This document shows positions 25,636 through 38,964 of a DNA stretch of 64,000 bases, one piece after another (position 1 is the stretch's first letter; every line of letters starts with the position of its first letter). The notes under the pieces are model-generated. The model made no database searches. It had not been told where the DNA came from and was given only the letters and a program-made list of their open reading frames with translations. The stretch is from the NCBI RefSeq assembly GCF_009914755.1, contig NC_060944.1; one strand, written 5' to 3'. The translations under genes and the position numbers were made by a program. Source of the stretch: the human T2T-CHM13v2.0 reference genome, Homo sapiens.

Positions 25636-25886
25636 CAGGGGCCTCCAACCTTTTTTGGAGCCAGGAAGCAGTTTCGTGGAAGACCATTTTTTCCATGGAC
25701 CAGGGAGGGGGGTGGTTTCGGGATGATTCAAGCACATTACATTTATTGTGCACTTTATTTCTATTATTATTACATTGTAATATATAATGAAATAATAACA
25801 CAACTCGCCATCATGTAGAGTCAGTGGGAGCTCTGCACTTGTTTTCCTGCAACTAGACAGTCCCATCTGGAGGTGATGGGAGAAGT
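25636..25886. mobile_element. MER1A (hAT-Charlie), only one half present
   Basis: 'caggggcctccaacctttttt...cattacatttattgtgcactttatttctattattattacattg...gtcccatctggaggtgatgggaga'. Confidence 0.88.
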
Positions 25887-26067
25887 GCCTCCTGAGTAGC
25901 TGGGATTACAGGTGCCCACCAAGACTGCCCGGCTAATTTTTGTATTTTTAGTAGAGATGGAGTTTCGCCATGTTGGCCAGGCTGGTCTTGAACTCCTCAA
26001 CTTGTGATCCACCTGCCTCAGCCTCCCAAAGTGCTGGGATTACAGGCATGAGCCTCATCGCCTGGCC
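25887..26067 (-). mobile_element. 3'-truncated AluS, antisense
   Basis: Left arm plus part of the right arm; no A tail. Confidence 0.9.
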
Positions 26068-26780
26068 ATGGATTACATTTTAACGTGAGATTTGGGTGGG
26101 GTCAAATACCCAAACTCTGTCACTGTCCTTAATGGTGTGTCCTCCACTCACAGCTTTTGCTTCCACACCTGACTTGACAGCACTTACTCTTTGGTGATTC
26201 ACTTTCTGAAATGTTTAACTGAGCTTTCACAAAAGGAACTCTCTTTTTGCATTCCCATTTCATTGGTTTATACAGTATTTAGTCAAATTACATAATTATG
26301 ATGTGATATACAATTAAATAAATTGATTTAGGAAGAAACACAACTGAATGTCATTAAGGAGATCAGACACTGTTGCCGGAGGAATCAGCCTGGGAAATGG
26401 TGCGTGGGCTGCAGGCTACAGACGCTCAGGGTGCAGGGGTCTCCATCACATAGTGACAGAGAGAAAGGAGGGGGGGTGCTCATGGGAAATCAGTTACAGG
26501 AGAAACAGTCTCAACTGCACCTCTGTTTACTATGAGCATTAGTGAGGCTGAAGCCCAAAGACCCCAAAGCCCACCAGCCCCTCCTCTAGGCTCTCTGCAT
26601 GCTGGCCATGGAACACCTTGCATCCTCAGGGTACCTGAAGCATCTCTCCACCTGCAGAGTCAGTTCCTGAGGCCCCGTGGTGCTCTCATTCTAGGACAGC
26701 ATCAAGCACGTTCTTGGGCAGTAAGAGATTTTGAGTAAAAAATGGCCATCTTGCCGTTTGTTGCCTCAGCTCTGACCTTT

Positions 26781-27500
<720 letters not shown>

Positions 27501-27751
27501 GCCTTCCGAGCTGCATTCAAACCGCAGTCTTCAGGGGCTCTTGCCTGGATTCCAGAACCTGTCTCCCAACAAGAAGTAGGCTTGCTGGGTGTGTAGTCCT
27601 GAAGACCTCCAGAATGAGACACATCTGGGATGCTGGCTTAACAATGCAGACTCCTGGGCTCCACTCTGACCTTCCAAATCCAATCTCCAGGACAGAGACT
27701 CAGGAATGTCCGGTGTTAAGAAGCCCAGTGGGTGATTACCATGCCCACTAG

Positions 27752-27845
27752 CTTTTTGTTCAGTGATACATTATATTTGCACATATTTATGGGGTACATG
27801 TGATATTTTGTTACATGCATCAAATGTGTAGTGATCAAGTCAGGA
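27752..27845 (-). mobile_element. Old L1MA/L1PB 3'-end fragment
   Basis: 'catatttatggggtacatgtgatattttgttacatgcat...tgatcaagtcagg'. Confidence 0.7.
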
Positions 27846-27941
27846 TTTGATAACTGAATCAGCATCTGAAAAACGATGCTGATTCAGTTATCAAATCCTG
27901 ACTTGATCACTACACATTTGATGCATGTAACAAAATATCAC
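27800..27941. repeat. Perfect inverted repeat: 67-bp arms, 8-nt loop
   Basis: 27800-27866 is the exact reverse complement of 27875-27941; loop tgaaaaac. Confidence 0.98.
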
Positions 27942-28435
27942 CTGCTATAAAGACACATGCACACGTATGTATATTGCTGCACTATTCACAATAGCAAAGA
28001 CTTGGAACCAACCCAAATGTCCAACAATGATAGACTGGATTAAGAAAATGTGACACATATACACCATGGAATACTATGCAGCCATAAAAAATGATGAGTT
28101 CATGTCCTTTGTAGGGACATGGATGTAGCTGGAAACCATCATTCTCAGCAAACTATCGCAAGGACAAAAAACCAAACACCGCATGTTCTCACTCATAGGT
28201 GGGAATTGAACAATGAGAACACATGGACACAGGAAGGGGAACATCACATTCTGGGGACTGTTGTGGGGTGGGGGGAGAGGGGAGGGATAGCATTAGGAGA
28301 TATACCTAATGCTAAATGACGAGTTAATGGGTGCAGCACACCAGCATGGCACATGTATACATATATAACAAACTTGCACATTGTGTGCATGTACCCTAAA
28401 ACTTAAAGTATAATAGTAATAAAATTAAGCAAACA
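27942..28435 (+). mobile_element. 5'-truncated L1PA3-like LINE
   Basis: Starts ctgctataaagacacatgc; 3'UTR 'gcattaggagatatacctaatgctaaatgacgagttaatggg'; A-rich tail; TSD aaaaacga (27869-27876 and 28436-28443). Confidence 0.95.
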
Positions 28436-28838
28436 AAAAACGAGCTCATTCTACCTAAGGATAGATCCCTGGAGTCAGAGCTCTTAACCTGCATAGACCT
28501 TATTTGCTATTTCTAACAAGCCACTGGGACCTGGTTGTAACGGTGACAATCTTGAGGCTGGAGTCCATCGCAATCACAGCTGCGCTTGGATCCCATTTCT
28601 ATGACTCACCAGCTAAGTGATTTGGCAAGTTATGCGACCTTTCTGAGCCCCACTTTTTTAACTTGTTCAAAAAAAAAAAGCATGTTGGAAATACATGGGA
28701 AGCACTTATCACAATGCCTTGCACTTACTAGGTACCTGGAATAATAGATATGATTAGATTATACATTATAAAAATACAATGGCTACAACAGTTGATACTG
28801 GCATAAGGAGAACAGTATGAAATATAGACACCATATGA

Positions 28839-29174
<336 letters not shown>

Positions 29175-29416
29175 AAAAATCTTATTTTTTAAACATAACT
29201 GCAAATGTATAGAGGCAAGGATGGTTTGAAACAAAAGGCTAAGTGCAGGAGCAAAATGCAGCACATCTTTGTTTGCACCAAAGATGTCCCAGGAGGAATT
29301 ATAAAGACAGAAAAACATTAGGCAATTGAAGGGATTGGAGTGAACCTTTGTTTGGACCTTAACAGTGCAGACTAACCCTCTCATTGAGAGCAACTGTAAA
29401 TGCTGGACAAATTTTT

Positions 29417-29735
29417 AGGAAGGAAGGAAAGAAGGAAGAAAGGAAGGACAGATGGACAGACAGATAAATAAAGGAAGGAAGGAAGGAAGGACAGATGGAT
29501 GGAGAGGCAAATGGAAGGAAGAAAGGGAAGGAAGGAAGGAAGGGCAGATGGACAGACAGGCAGATGGAAGGGAGAAAGGAAGGAGGGAAGGAAGGAAAGA
29601 AGAGAGGAAGGAAGGAAGGAAAGAAGGAAGGACATATGGTCGGACAGGCAGATCGAAGGAAGAAAGGAAGGAGGGAAGTAAGGGAGGGAGGGAGGGAGGG
29701 AAGGAACCGAAGGAAGGAAGGAAACAGAAGAAAGA
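29417..29735 (+). repeat. Interrupted (GGAA)n/(GGGA)n polypurine microsatellite with GACAGATG inserts
   Basis: Direct inspection. Confidence 0.95.
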
Positions 29736-30299
29736 AAATTCTTTGAGGGCAACAAAGAACAAATAGGACAACCAGGACTCAAAACCCCCAGATGTGTAGA
29801 AGGGCGTTGAGGAGCACACATGGGCTTCTGCTCTTTCCTTGGGATATTTACAGACGTCATTTGGGGAAATTGTGGCTGAACAGGAAGCAATGACCTGGGA
29901 CTGCAGTGCTTCCTTAAGCTGTGGGGGCTGAGGTTGAAGTTTGGTATTCCCGAGTCAGCCAGTACTTGAGGGGCTTAGATTCTAGAGAAGAGGGAACCAC
30001 AAAAAAGCGAGCCTGGAAAATTCTGCACTCAATCTTCTCTCAAGGCATCTACCAATTCCTTCTTGAAACATGAGACACCTGAAATCCAAATGAAAAGCAG
30101 GAGCTTGGAGGCTAAACAACTGAGCAGAGTTTTTGAGTCTCACTACTCTGGAAACAGGAGGTAGAAGTTCAGGGCCCACTCTGGTTTGGAGATCCTGCTA
30201 GACTCTGTCACACACATATGTAAGACAAATATGTGACATGTCTATATGCATATGGTACACACACACACACAGACCAAGGCCTGATGAAATTGTCTGGTA

Positions 30300-32450
30300 A
30301 AGATATAATGAGCCATTTGTAGATTTAGACAACTTATTACTTTTGTCGACAGCAAAAGGAAGCTTACCCAATGGTACCGGTTTTCTGTGGACTCCATCCT
30401 ACACACTAAAATAGATGCCAACAGAAGAAAAAGGGTCAGGAAAGTTGTAGAGCACCCCATTATTGATGAAAATTGAGCTAAAAATCAATAACAAAGAGAT
30501 AACTAAAATGACCGATATTTGAAAAATAGCAGTGAATTTCTTAAATAATTCATGGGTTAAAGGAACTATCACAGTGGAAATTGCAAAATATTTTGCCCTA
30601 AAAATAATGAAAATGTAGCATACCACATATGAAATGTAACTAAAGTGTTGCACAGAGGCACATTTGCAGCCTTGAATATATGCATTAGAAAAGAAGAAAT
30701 GCTGGAAAGCTGAGTATTTATGTCTCTATCTGAAGAGGCTGGAAAAAAAATCAAAATTAGATAGAAAAAGAAAAAGCAAAAAAGGGAATGACTATCAATG
30801 AAATAGAAGTGAAAGTTAGATACAATCAATAAAGCCAAATGTTGGTTATTTGAAAATATTAATAAAACTGATATATCATTACCAATATAGTTCAAGAAAA
30901 AAATAGAATAATCAGAATTGAAAAAGGGGACATCATGAGAGAATCTATGGACATTAATAAAGAAAACAAGATTAATTGAACAACTTCTTGATAATAAATT
31001 TGAAAATATATATGAACAAAATTTCTTAGAAGACACAATTTACCAAATTCATGCAAGAAGAAATAGAACATATGAATAGCCCTTAATATATCAAAAAAAC
31101 ATAACCTATAATTAAAATTCCTCTCCAAGAAAGACTCCACAGACAAATGGCTTCAGCAGTTGATTCTTTCAAATATTTAAAGGAGAAATAATACCAATTA
31201 TACAGAAACTGGGAAACTCATTAACAGCTGGCATAAATTCAGTACAAAACCTGACAAGGGAATTACAGCAAGGGAAAATTACAGACTTGTTAATTTCATG
31301 AAAATAAAGGCAACATTCTAAACAAATCATTATTAATTGAATCTAGGCTTTATTTCAGAAATAAAAAGATTGTTTTAAACATTCAAAAATCAATTACCTG
31401 TACTAGTAGAATACAGAGGGTGAACTATGTAATTATCTCAATAGATGCTAAAAAAAAGCACTCAAAAAATTCAACATTCATTTATAATGAAAATTTCAGT
31501 AAGCTAGGAACAGAGGTGAATTCCTTAATCTGCTATAGGGTATCTTCTTAAGAATTATATGAAAATCATATTTGGTGATGAAGTATCAAAATCGGAACCA
31601 AGATAAGTATATCCGCTAATGGCATTATTATTCACATTGCACTGAAAGTTCGGGCAGTGCAATCAGGCGAGAGTATGAATCAGTACAACCACTTTGAAAA
31701 CTTTTTGGCGTTGTCTACTAAAACTGAATGTAGGCATATCAGTCTGGGTTCCTAACCAGCATAAATGTTTGTACAACAATAGGTACAAATAAGAATGTTT
31801 GAATTAGTACTATTTGCAATAGTCAAATACTGGGAACCGTCTTAATGACCATCATTCAATACAATGCAGTCTACTCATATAATGGAATACTCTAGAGCAG
31901 CAGTCAGCAAACTGTTTCTGTAAATGACCAGATAGTAAATATTTCAGGTTTTCTGAACCAAGGGGCAAAACCAAGAGTATTATATAGGTACTAATATACC
32001 ACGTAATAATGTAAAAAACATTGTTAGCTCATGAGCTATACAGAAACAGTGGTGGGCCAGGTGTGGCCCCTGGGCCATAGTTTGCCAAACTCCACTATAG
32101 AGAAATGAAAAGAACAACCTCTGTTACATGGAAAAGCCTGGATCAGTTTCACAGGCTGACTCAACTGAAAGACACCAGATGCAAAAGAGCATACGTACGG
32201 CTCCCTTTATGCGAAGTTAAAAACAGCAGCACAATTTATGGGACTAGAAGTACACAGAGGGCTCAACCCTCAATCAAGGGTTATCAATTAGCAGGGGGCA
32301 CAAGACAGGCTTCTGGGGCTAGGAATATCCTCTGAGCCGAGTGGCGTTGTATTCATTTGTACAAATTTATTAAACCATAAATATAAATTTGTGCATTTGC
32401 TGTGTTTATATTTATCTTCAGTTAAAAGGCTTATAAAATAAATTGTTGGT
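30300..32450 (+). mobile_element. Old L1M ORF2 and 3' fragments
   Basis: A-rich, degraded L1 ORF2 motifs (aatcaataaagccaaatgttggttatttgaaaa; atctcaatagatgc; caaccactttgaaaa). Confidence 0.75.
31898..32094. mobile_element. MER58 (hAT-Charlie MITE) nested in L1M
   Basis: 'cagcaaactgtttctgtaaatgaccagatagtaaatattt...gggccatagtttgcc'; 8-bp near-TSD ctctagag/ctatagag. Confidence 0.82.
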
Positions 32451-32957
32451 GAATATTTATTAGTGTGTACCTTCAGAGCAGACTTCGTATGTACAGGGGT
32501 AAAGAGAGAAAGGAAAAAGGAACCTCTCCACCGTTTCTGACTGAGCCTCAGGGGGACATGTGAAAGGTTCTCACCAGGCAGTTATTACAGGCAGTTACTT
32601 CAACATCAACCAAAATGGCAAAAACTGGAAGCAAGTTGAATGTCCCAAACTTGAGTATTTTTTAATAAATTGTGATATATACATATAATGAAATATCATG
32701 CTTCTTTGTAAACAATGTTATTAAAGAAGTTTTATCCATATGGGAAAATTCCCACAATACTGTGGGAATACAAATTTAAAAATCAGTATATGAAATACAC
32801 ACACAGTCACACACACATATTAGAAAACTATCAAAATTTCAACTATGGTTATTTCTGAGTTACAGACTTATAGATAATCTGTGTCTTTTTTGTTTTAAAC
32901 TATATTGTATTTTTTCATATTTCAAAAATAATATTGCGTATGTAATCAAGAAAAATA

Positions 32958-33098
32958 TTTTCTTTTTTATTCTTTTTTTTTTGAGACAGGGTCTTGCTAC
33001 GTTGCCCAGGCTGGTCTTGAGCTCCTGGGCTCAAGCAATCCTTCTGCCTCGGCCTCCCAAAGTGCTGGGATTACAGGTGTGAGCCACCACACCTGGCC
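32958..33098 (-). mobile_element. FLAM_C (free left Alu monomer)
   Basis: Single monomer 'gagacagggtcttgctacgttgcccaggctggtcttgagctcctgggctcaagc...' with T tail. Confidence 0.88.
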
Positions 33099-35954
33099 CA
33101 GAAGAAGAAAAGTATTTTCAAGGAGCCCAGAGTAGGGGGAGGACAGTTTTAAAGTTATTATTCTGATTCATGAGCTTTACCTTGGGAAATAAAATATCCT
33201 CATAACCTGAAAGAAAAACACAACCATTTCAACTACTTTTTAGAGAAATGAATTTTTAAAATAAACTTTGAACAACCTCATAAATAGGACAATGTTTCTT
33301 ATCACTGCTGTATGATGGAGGCAACAAATGTGAAACTGAAGACTGTCAGTATCAATATTTATGGTGAATAAGATGATTCCGCTGATGAAGATGTTTATAA
33401 TACACATTCTTTCAATCAACATTAACTTATCACCTATTCTTTGCCCAGCACTTACTGGCAGCAGGTATACAGGTAATCAGATAGTCAGGTCCCAGAGGAT
33501 TGTGAAATACTACAAGCATCATCAGAAAACCACATAAATAAAAATAAAACTCCTACTCTGATACATGCTACAAATGAGAAAAAAAAATAATTCTCTGGGA
33601 ACAAACAACAGGCTTCCAGCCATTTCCCTAAATCCACAAAGCTGGCTTTGAAGTGTCAGGCACACCTGCTGCCTTCCTAGTAAATCTGACACATATGTTT
33701 TACACCTGGACAATTCCCATTTTTCTAGCGGCGTTGGGTTGGGAATGAATTTAATCACATACATTTGAAAACTATCGGAATCCAGACCAATGCTCACCAC
33801 CTGCCAGGGGCTCAGGAAGGATGGATAAGTTTCCCTTATGAGAAGAAAACAAGGGTCCATGTCCAGGATTCAAGAGTAATTTTCTCCTGCAGGGTGGGGT
33901 GCCTAGGGCTGGAGCGCTGGATAGAGAAGGGGGCTGGATTGAAACCCAGTGTCAGAGAACTGCCTAGACCAACAGGTATTGACAACCGTCCTGGGTGAAG
34001 CAAGTTCACAGATATATACCTTTGATTTAATTAATTTGTTAATTAAAATAGACCAAGCATAGTGCTGGAATGCAGTTTGCACACTTACGGATCTCACAGG
34101 GGAGGGGAAACATCTTACGGAGCTCCGGCGGGATGCCAGGGGCTGACGCAGGAGTGTGTGTCAGTGACCCTCAGAGCCAGCTCAGATAGGAAGGGCTGCA
34201 GGAGTGAGCCTTGGGGGGAACATCGAGGGTGGCCCAGAGATAGCAGCCACCGCCAACCGCTGGACACATGTCGGGAAGCCAGGCTGGACTGCAAGCCTCG
34301 GGCCGAGAGAAGGACAGTGAGGCACGTCCGGTGCTTCTGTGTGGCTCTGCATCCCACAGAAAGAACTCAGTAGAAAGGGGAGTTTCAGAAACCACGGGAG
34401 GTGGTGAAGCAGTGAGCACAGCATGCCCCGCCTGGATCATGGGCAGTGCATGGGAGAGAAGCTGTGGTCAAGTCTTTGAAAGCAACCCTAGGGATCCCAC
34501 CATGTAGGAGGGGGCAATCACCCCTGAATCCTGGACTTGGTCCCTCATTTCCCTCTACGTCCCACTCACACCGTGTTATAGGTCGCCGTGAGAGCCATTT
34601 CTTCCTGGGTCTCTTTCCAGGTGTGAGAGAACTTCCACCACGCCCCTCCTGCAGCAGCCCCGTGGCTCTATTTGATCACGTCGTCTTCTGTGATGTGGCA
34701 GAAGTGCCAGTCGCAAGACGCCCTCCATCCAGACACGCAGGTGACATCATGCCCCCAGACAGCAGGGTGGGAGGGAACATCTTAAGGGGCGCTTCGCCTC
34801 CGTGACCCCCATGCCTGCAAGCCTGAACCCCTGTATGCGTTGGAAGGGAGTTCACAGCATGCCACATTCCCAGGAACAGCCCCTTTGGTAACAAAACACA
34901 GGACGACAGAATAGGAGTAAATTATTCAGTGTCTTCCTCTCACCTCTGAACGCGCTTCAGTGCAGTGGGAGCACATTGCATTTGTCCTGCCCCACTCGCC
35001 CCAGGCTGCCGCTGCGGGCTGACTGACAGCTGCCTGACAGAGCCCTCATCTGGAGGAACAGGCTGTGCTGAGCTCTGTGCGGACAAGCGCACTTTGATTC
35101 AGATTTAGCTAACATTTTCTGAGCTTCTTCCAAGTGTCAAGTGTCAGGAGGGGCTGAGCCCTTCCCTGACGGGCTGCTGAAATCCTCCTGCCTATGGGAC
35201 GGGAATTGCGGCTAGGACAAATGGAAGCCTGCATGTTTGCAAAGGCACCACCGGAATTTTTTTTTTTTTTAAGGAATCAGATAGGTATGGCCCTGAATGC
35301 ATGGGTTCAGGAAAGCCATAAATATATCCTAAGTATGGGAACGTTCAGTCTTCCCAATGGACCAAATGCTGCGTTAACCATGACCAGGCAGTTCAGCCCT
35401 GGTTCCTGGGCCATGGGGGTACCCACATTCTTCAGAAAAGCTTCCCCTTAGGGACGCTGGCAAAGCTTATGGGGTGGGGCTCACCACACAGGAGTGCATC
35501 CAATCCATCTGCCAATAAGCACAACTCAAAGGGGTGGGGAGGGATGTGAAAGGCACAATCCGAAAACCAGGAGGCGGGGCAGGCAGAGGGAGGTGAGCGA
35601 AGGCGTATCAGGATGTGCGATTGCATCAGGAGCCCTTTCATGAGGGAGCAAGCCTGTGCGTCATGTGTCAGGCCCTGTGAAATAACAGTAAGGAGGAAAT
35701 GGAGAAGAAATGGATAGCGTGTGTGTCTGTGTTTCTGTGTGTAGGCATCCAGATGTGGGCTGGGCTCCTCTTACCCCTTCAACCTAGTTATTGGCCTAGG
35801 TGAGGTCAATCCCCAGCCCCACGACGGGAGAGCTGATGGGGTAGGGCTACTGTTTAGCTCCATCCTCCAGGAACAAGTTCAAAGTCCTAAAGGGCCTTTC
35901 CTCCCCGAAAGACTGCAGTGTGAAACATGTGAAGCACAGCATATACTATCAGTG

Positions 35955-36170
35955 CGTACATGCACGCACACACACAAACACACACACACAAACACACACG
36001 CACACACACACGCACACACATGCACACACACAAACATGCGCACACATGGGCACACCCACCCCCACACACAAATACACACATGCAGGTGTGCACATACATA
36101 CATGCACACACACAAACATACACACAGGCACACACATACACACAGCGCACACACATATGCACACACATGC
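35955..36170 (+). repeat. Degenerate (CA)n tract
   Basis: Direct inspection; explains the His/Thr and Cys/Val ORFs. Confidence 0.95.
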
Positions 36171-38964
36171 AAATCATTTCTGAGGGCACCAGACCTCTCA
36201 GAACTGTTGAGGATGTGTGGGTTACATACAGAAAGAAACAAAAATGAGAAGCATTTCTTTGAAGAGAAAACTTGTTCCACCATCCCGCCCCTTTATTTGC
36301 TCCTTACTCTCTGGCCTCTCCTTAGCTCCCAAATCCCCCTTTCACTGCTAACAGAGCGCTGGCTACGGGTGGCTGCTGTTTGAAGTGTGGCTCAAAGTCA
36401 AAGTGTTTTTTACTCAGATCCATAAAGATGGCCCCAGAACCCTTGGTAAGGGACTGTCAACAGACCCTGCCCTCCCTGCCCTCCCTCCCCACTCTCCACG
36501 CTGATGCCACCCACCAGGCCAAGTCCATAGAACATCTGCAATGATGCTCTAGGTCAGAGGGGTGCAGCTGCCCCAAGACAGCTTCAGAGCCAACTGCAGG
36601 CTGCAAGCTTGGGTGGGATGAGTCAGAAGACAACGGCCTTGTCCAGTGGCCTGGAGGTTCCACAGACACTGACAGCAGGGCCACAGCCCAAGCGGAGGGG
36701 TGCGGCAGGAGGGAGATTCAGGAAGCTCTTGGGCCAGATTTGGTGGTGGCTTCAGCTCCCTCCTGGGGAAGGAAGCCTCCTGAGGGCCGTGGCTCCAGAT
36801 GACGGCTTGGCCGGCTCACAGCTGCCTCAGCACACAGCTGGGGGCTGAGAGGGGGACATTGAAAAGCCTCAGGCCTGGCCCACCTAATAATCTGCAGTCA
36901 GCACTCACATGCCCCAGTGGGGTTCCCCATGAACGGGAGCCCCTCCACCCTGCAACCACCCAGGGATTCTCCAGGCAGGTGAGCTCATCACAGACCCAAA
37001 ACGCAAAGACATTGAAAATGAAGACAATATCTTTCTCGAGACCAGACGCACCCAAGACAGGTGTTTTCTAATCAGTGCAGTGCTCACTTGTGCTGGAGAC
37101 CCGGACACATATTTCCCCATCACTGTCACTGACAAAGATGCCTCCTGGGATCAGCAGGTGCACCAGTTTGAAGAGCAGCTGTGAAAGCTGTCCTGGTGAA
37201 GAGTTTGAAGTTGTGGCCCAGATCCTCACTTAGGAGATTCTCTGATGTAAAAAATGCTGAAATCCTTGGGAGGTGGAACAGATTTGGGACCCTTGGATGA
37301 CAACCGAAAGTTCCCAAGACCAACTTTCACTTCATGCATGCACAGGCAGGGAGAGGAGACATGGAGCCTACTCCTGGGAGGGGCACCAATGGTGGTTTCC
37401 TGTTTGAGGGTGCACGTCACCTGCCTGAAATGCCAACGGCCAGTTTCAGGAAAGTGGAGGAGACTCGTGATGTGCACGGGAGGTGGGCTCCTCTTACTTA
37501 GCCATTTATTTAAAAAAAATCATTTTTCCCTGTAATTTCTCTGCATAAAAACATCAGGCACTTGTGGGTAACCTGGAGCCCTCTCTGCCAATCCTTGCTT
37601 TATGGGCTGCAGTCAGGAGCTCATTTGCTCCAGAGAGGTCACTATAGAAACCTTAGGAGAAAGTAACTCAGAAGGATTTTCACAGCATGGAGAGCCACTC
37701 TATTTCTCCCCCTCAACCAGGCTCTTGTGTTTTCAGCATAGCCTTGGGTGAAAGCCCAGATTGGTTTCCTCAGCAGGAAAAGGATCTAGAGACAAAGGTG
37801 GCACGAGAAGTCTGATGCAGAGATGGCCAGGGCCTCAGGTGGTTCCACCTGCCCGAAAGGTGTGCCTAGGAGCTTGTAAAAGACCCTGAGCTTCTCTCTC
37901 AGCTTTGCCTGCCCTCCTCAGGGCACCTGGTGGGAACCACACATAGTTCCAAGCAAATACGCCTGAGCTTCTTATCAAGTTAAGAGAAAACAAGGCTCTT
38001 GAAGGACAGCTGTGCTTATCTGGAGTAGCCATTGAGGAGAGAGGTAACCTGGCTGGAGCGTGGCTGACCTGCAGCCTCACGTCGTAAAGTACTCGTTGGA
38101 AAGGACACTGGGCCTCTAGACATCCAGTAAAGCTGACATCCATGAGAACAAACCCTGTGCTGGCACTTGGCATTCAGAACGTTTCTATTCTCACACTTAC
38201 AGGCAAGAATGCTCGCCTGCATGCCAGGCCTGTATCTGCATTTTCTAGAGAAGCTCACAGAGACTCAGAGAGATTCAGGCTCTTGGCCAAGGAGTTTGAG
38301 CCTGGTGTGCTAGACACCCCAGCCTGGGATCACCACGATGCCCTACTGCCTCTGAAAGTGAGCAGGGCACACTCAGCGGGGTGCATTTAAGATAAATATT
38401 ATCAACTTCAGACTTATGCAAAGTGACTGTGAGTGACAGATTGTCCAGGGCAGCTCTGAAGTGACATGTGCCTGCAGTTATGCCACCAGGTGTTCTCATG
38501 TTTGGTCTGAAAAACAGGATGAACATAAAAATTGTTTTTTAGACTAGACATCCTTTAGTCCGAGAAGCCAAGGACTGCGAGCACTAGCTCAATGTCATTT
38601 GAGGTCCCAGATACTCATTTGCAAAAATGTTAGCCCGTGTGCCCTCTCCTGCCTTAGGACAGTTTTCCTCTTTGGAGGCTTGAAGATGTGCTGTTCTCAG
38701 AACCGTTCCTATAAAATTACAAATAGCCCAGAGAGGGACTCCGGTGTGTGCCGCTGTTGGTTAAGAAGGCCAGTTAGATGCCGTTGAGAGACTGACAAAG
38801 CCAGGTGCTGAAGTGTCATGGGTGTGCCCTTAGTGGGTATCTCAAATGTCCTTGAGGTGGTCTCACTCTTCTCTTGTGGCCCCCATGGCACTGCCTTCCA
38901 TGGGCCCTGTGTAAATGCCCCCCAGTGGACCCTATTTTGAGGCCCTCTGTTGGTTCTGCATCAA

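Noticed and set aside
27800-27941. Palindrome interpreted as a MITE
   Set aside because: The left arm is mostly an old L1M 3' end, there is no flanking TSD, and the loop overlaps the neighbouring L1's TSD.
29381-29890. Pro/Ser/Phe-rich and Arg/Lys/Glu-rich ORFs
   Set aside because: Translations of the GGAA microsatellite.
35879-36383. Cys/Val and His/Thr repeat ORFs
   Set aside because: Translations of the (CA)n tract.
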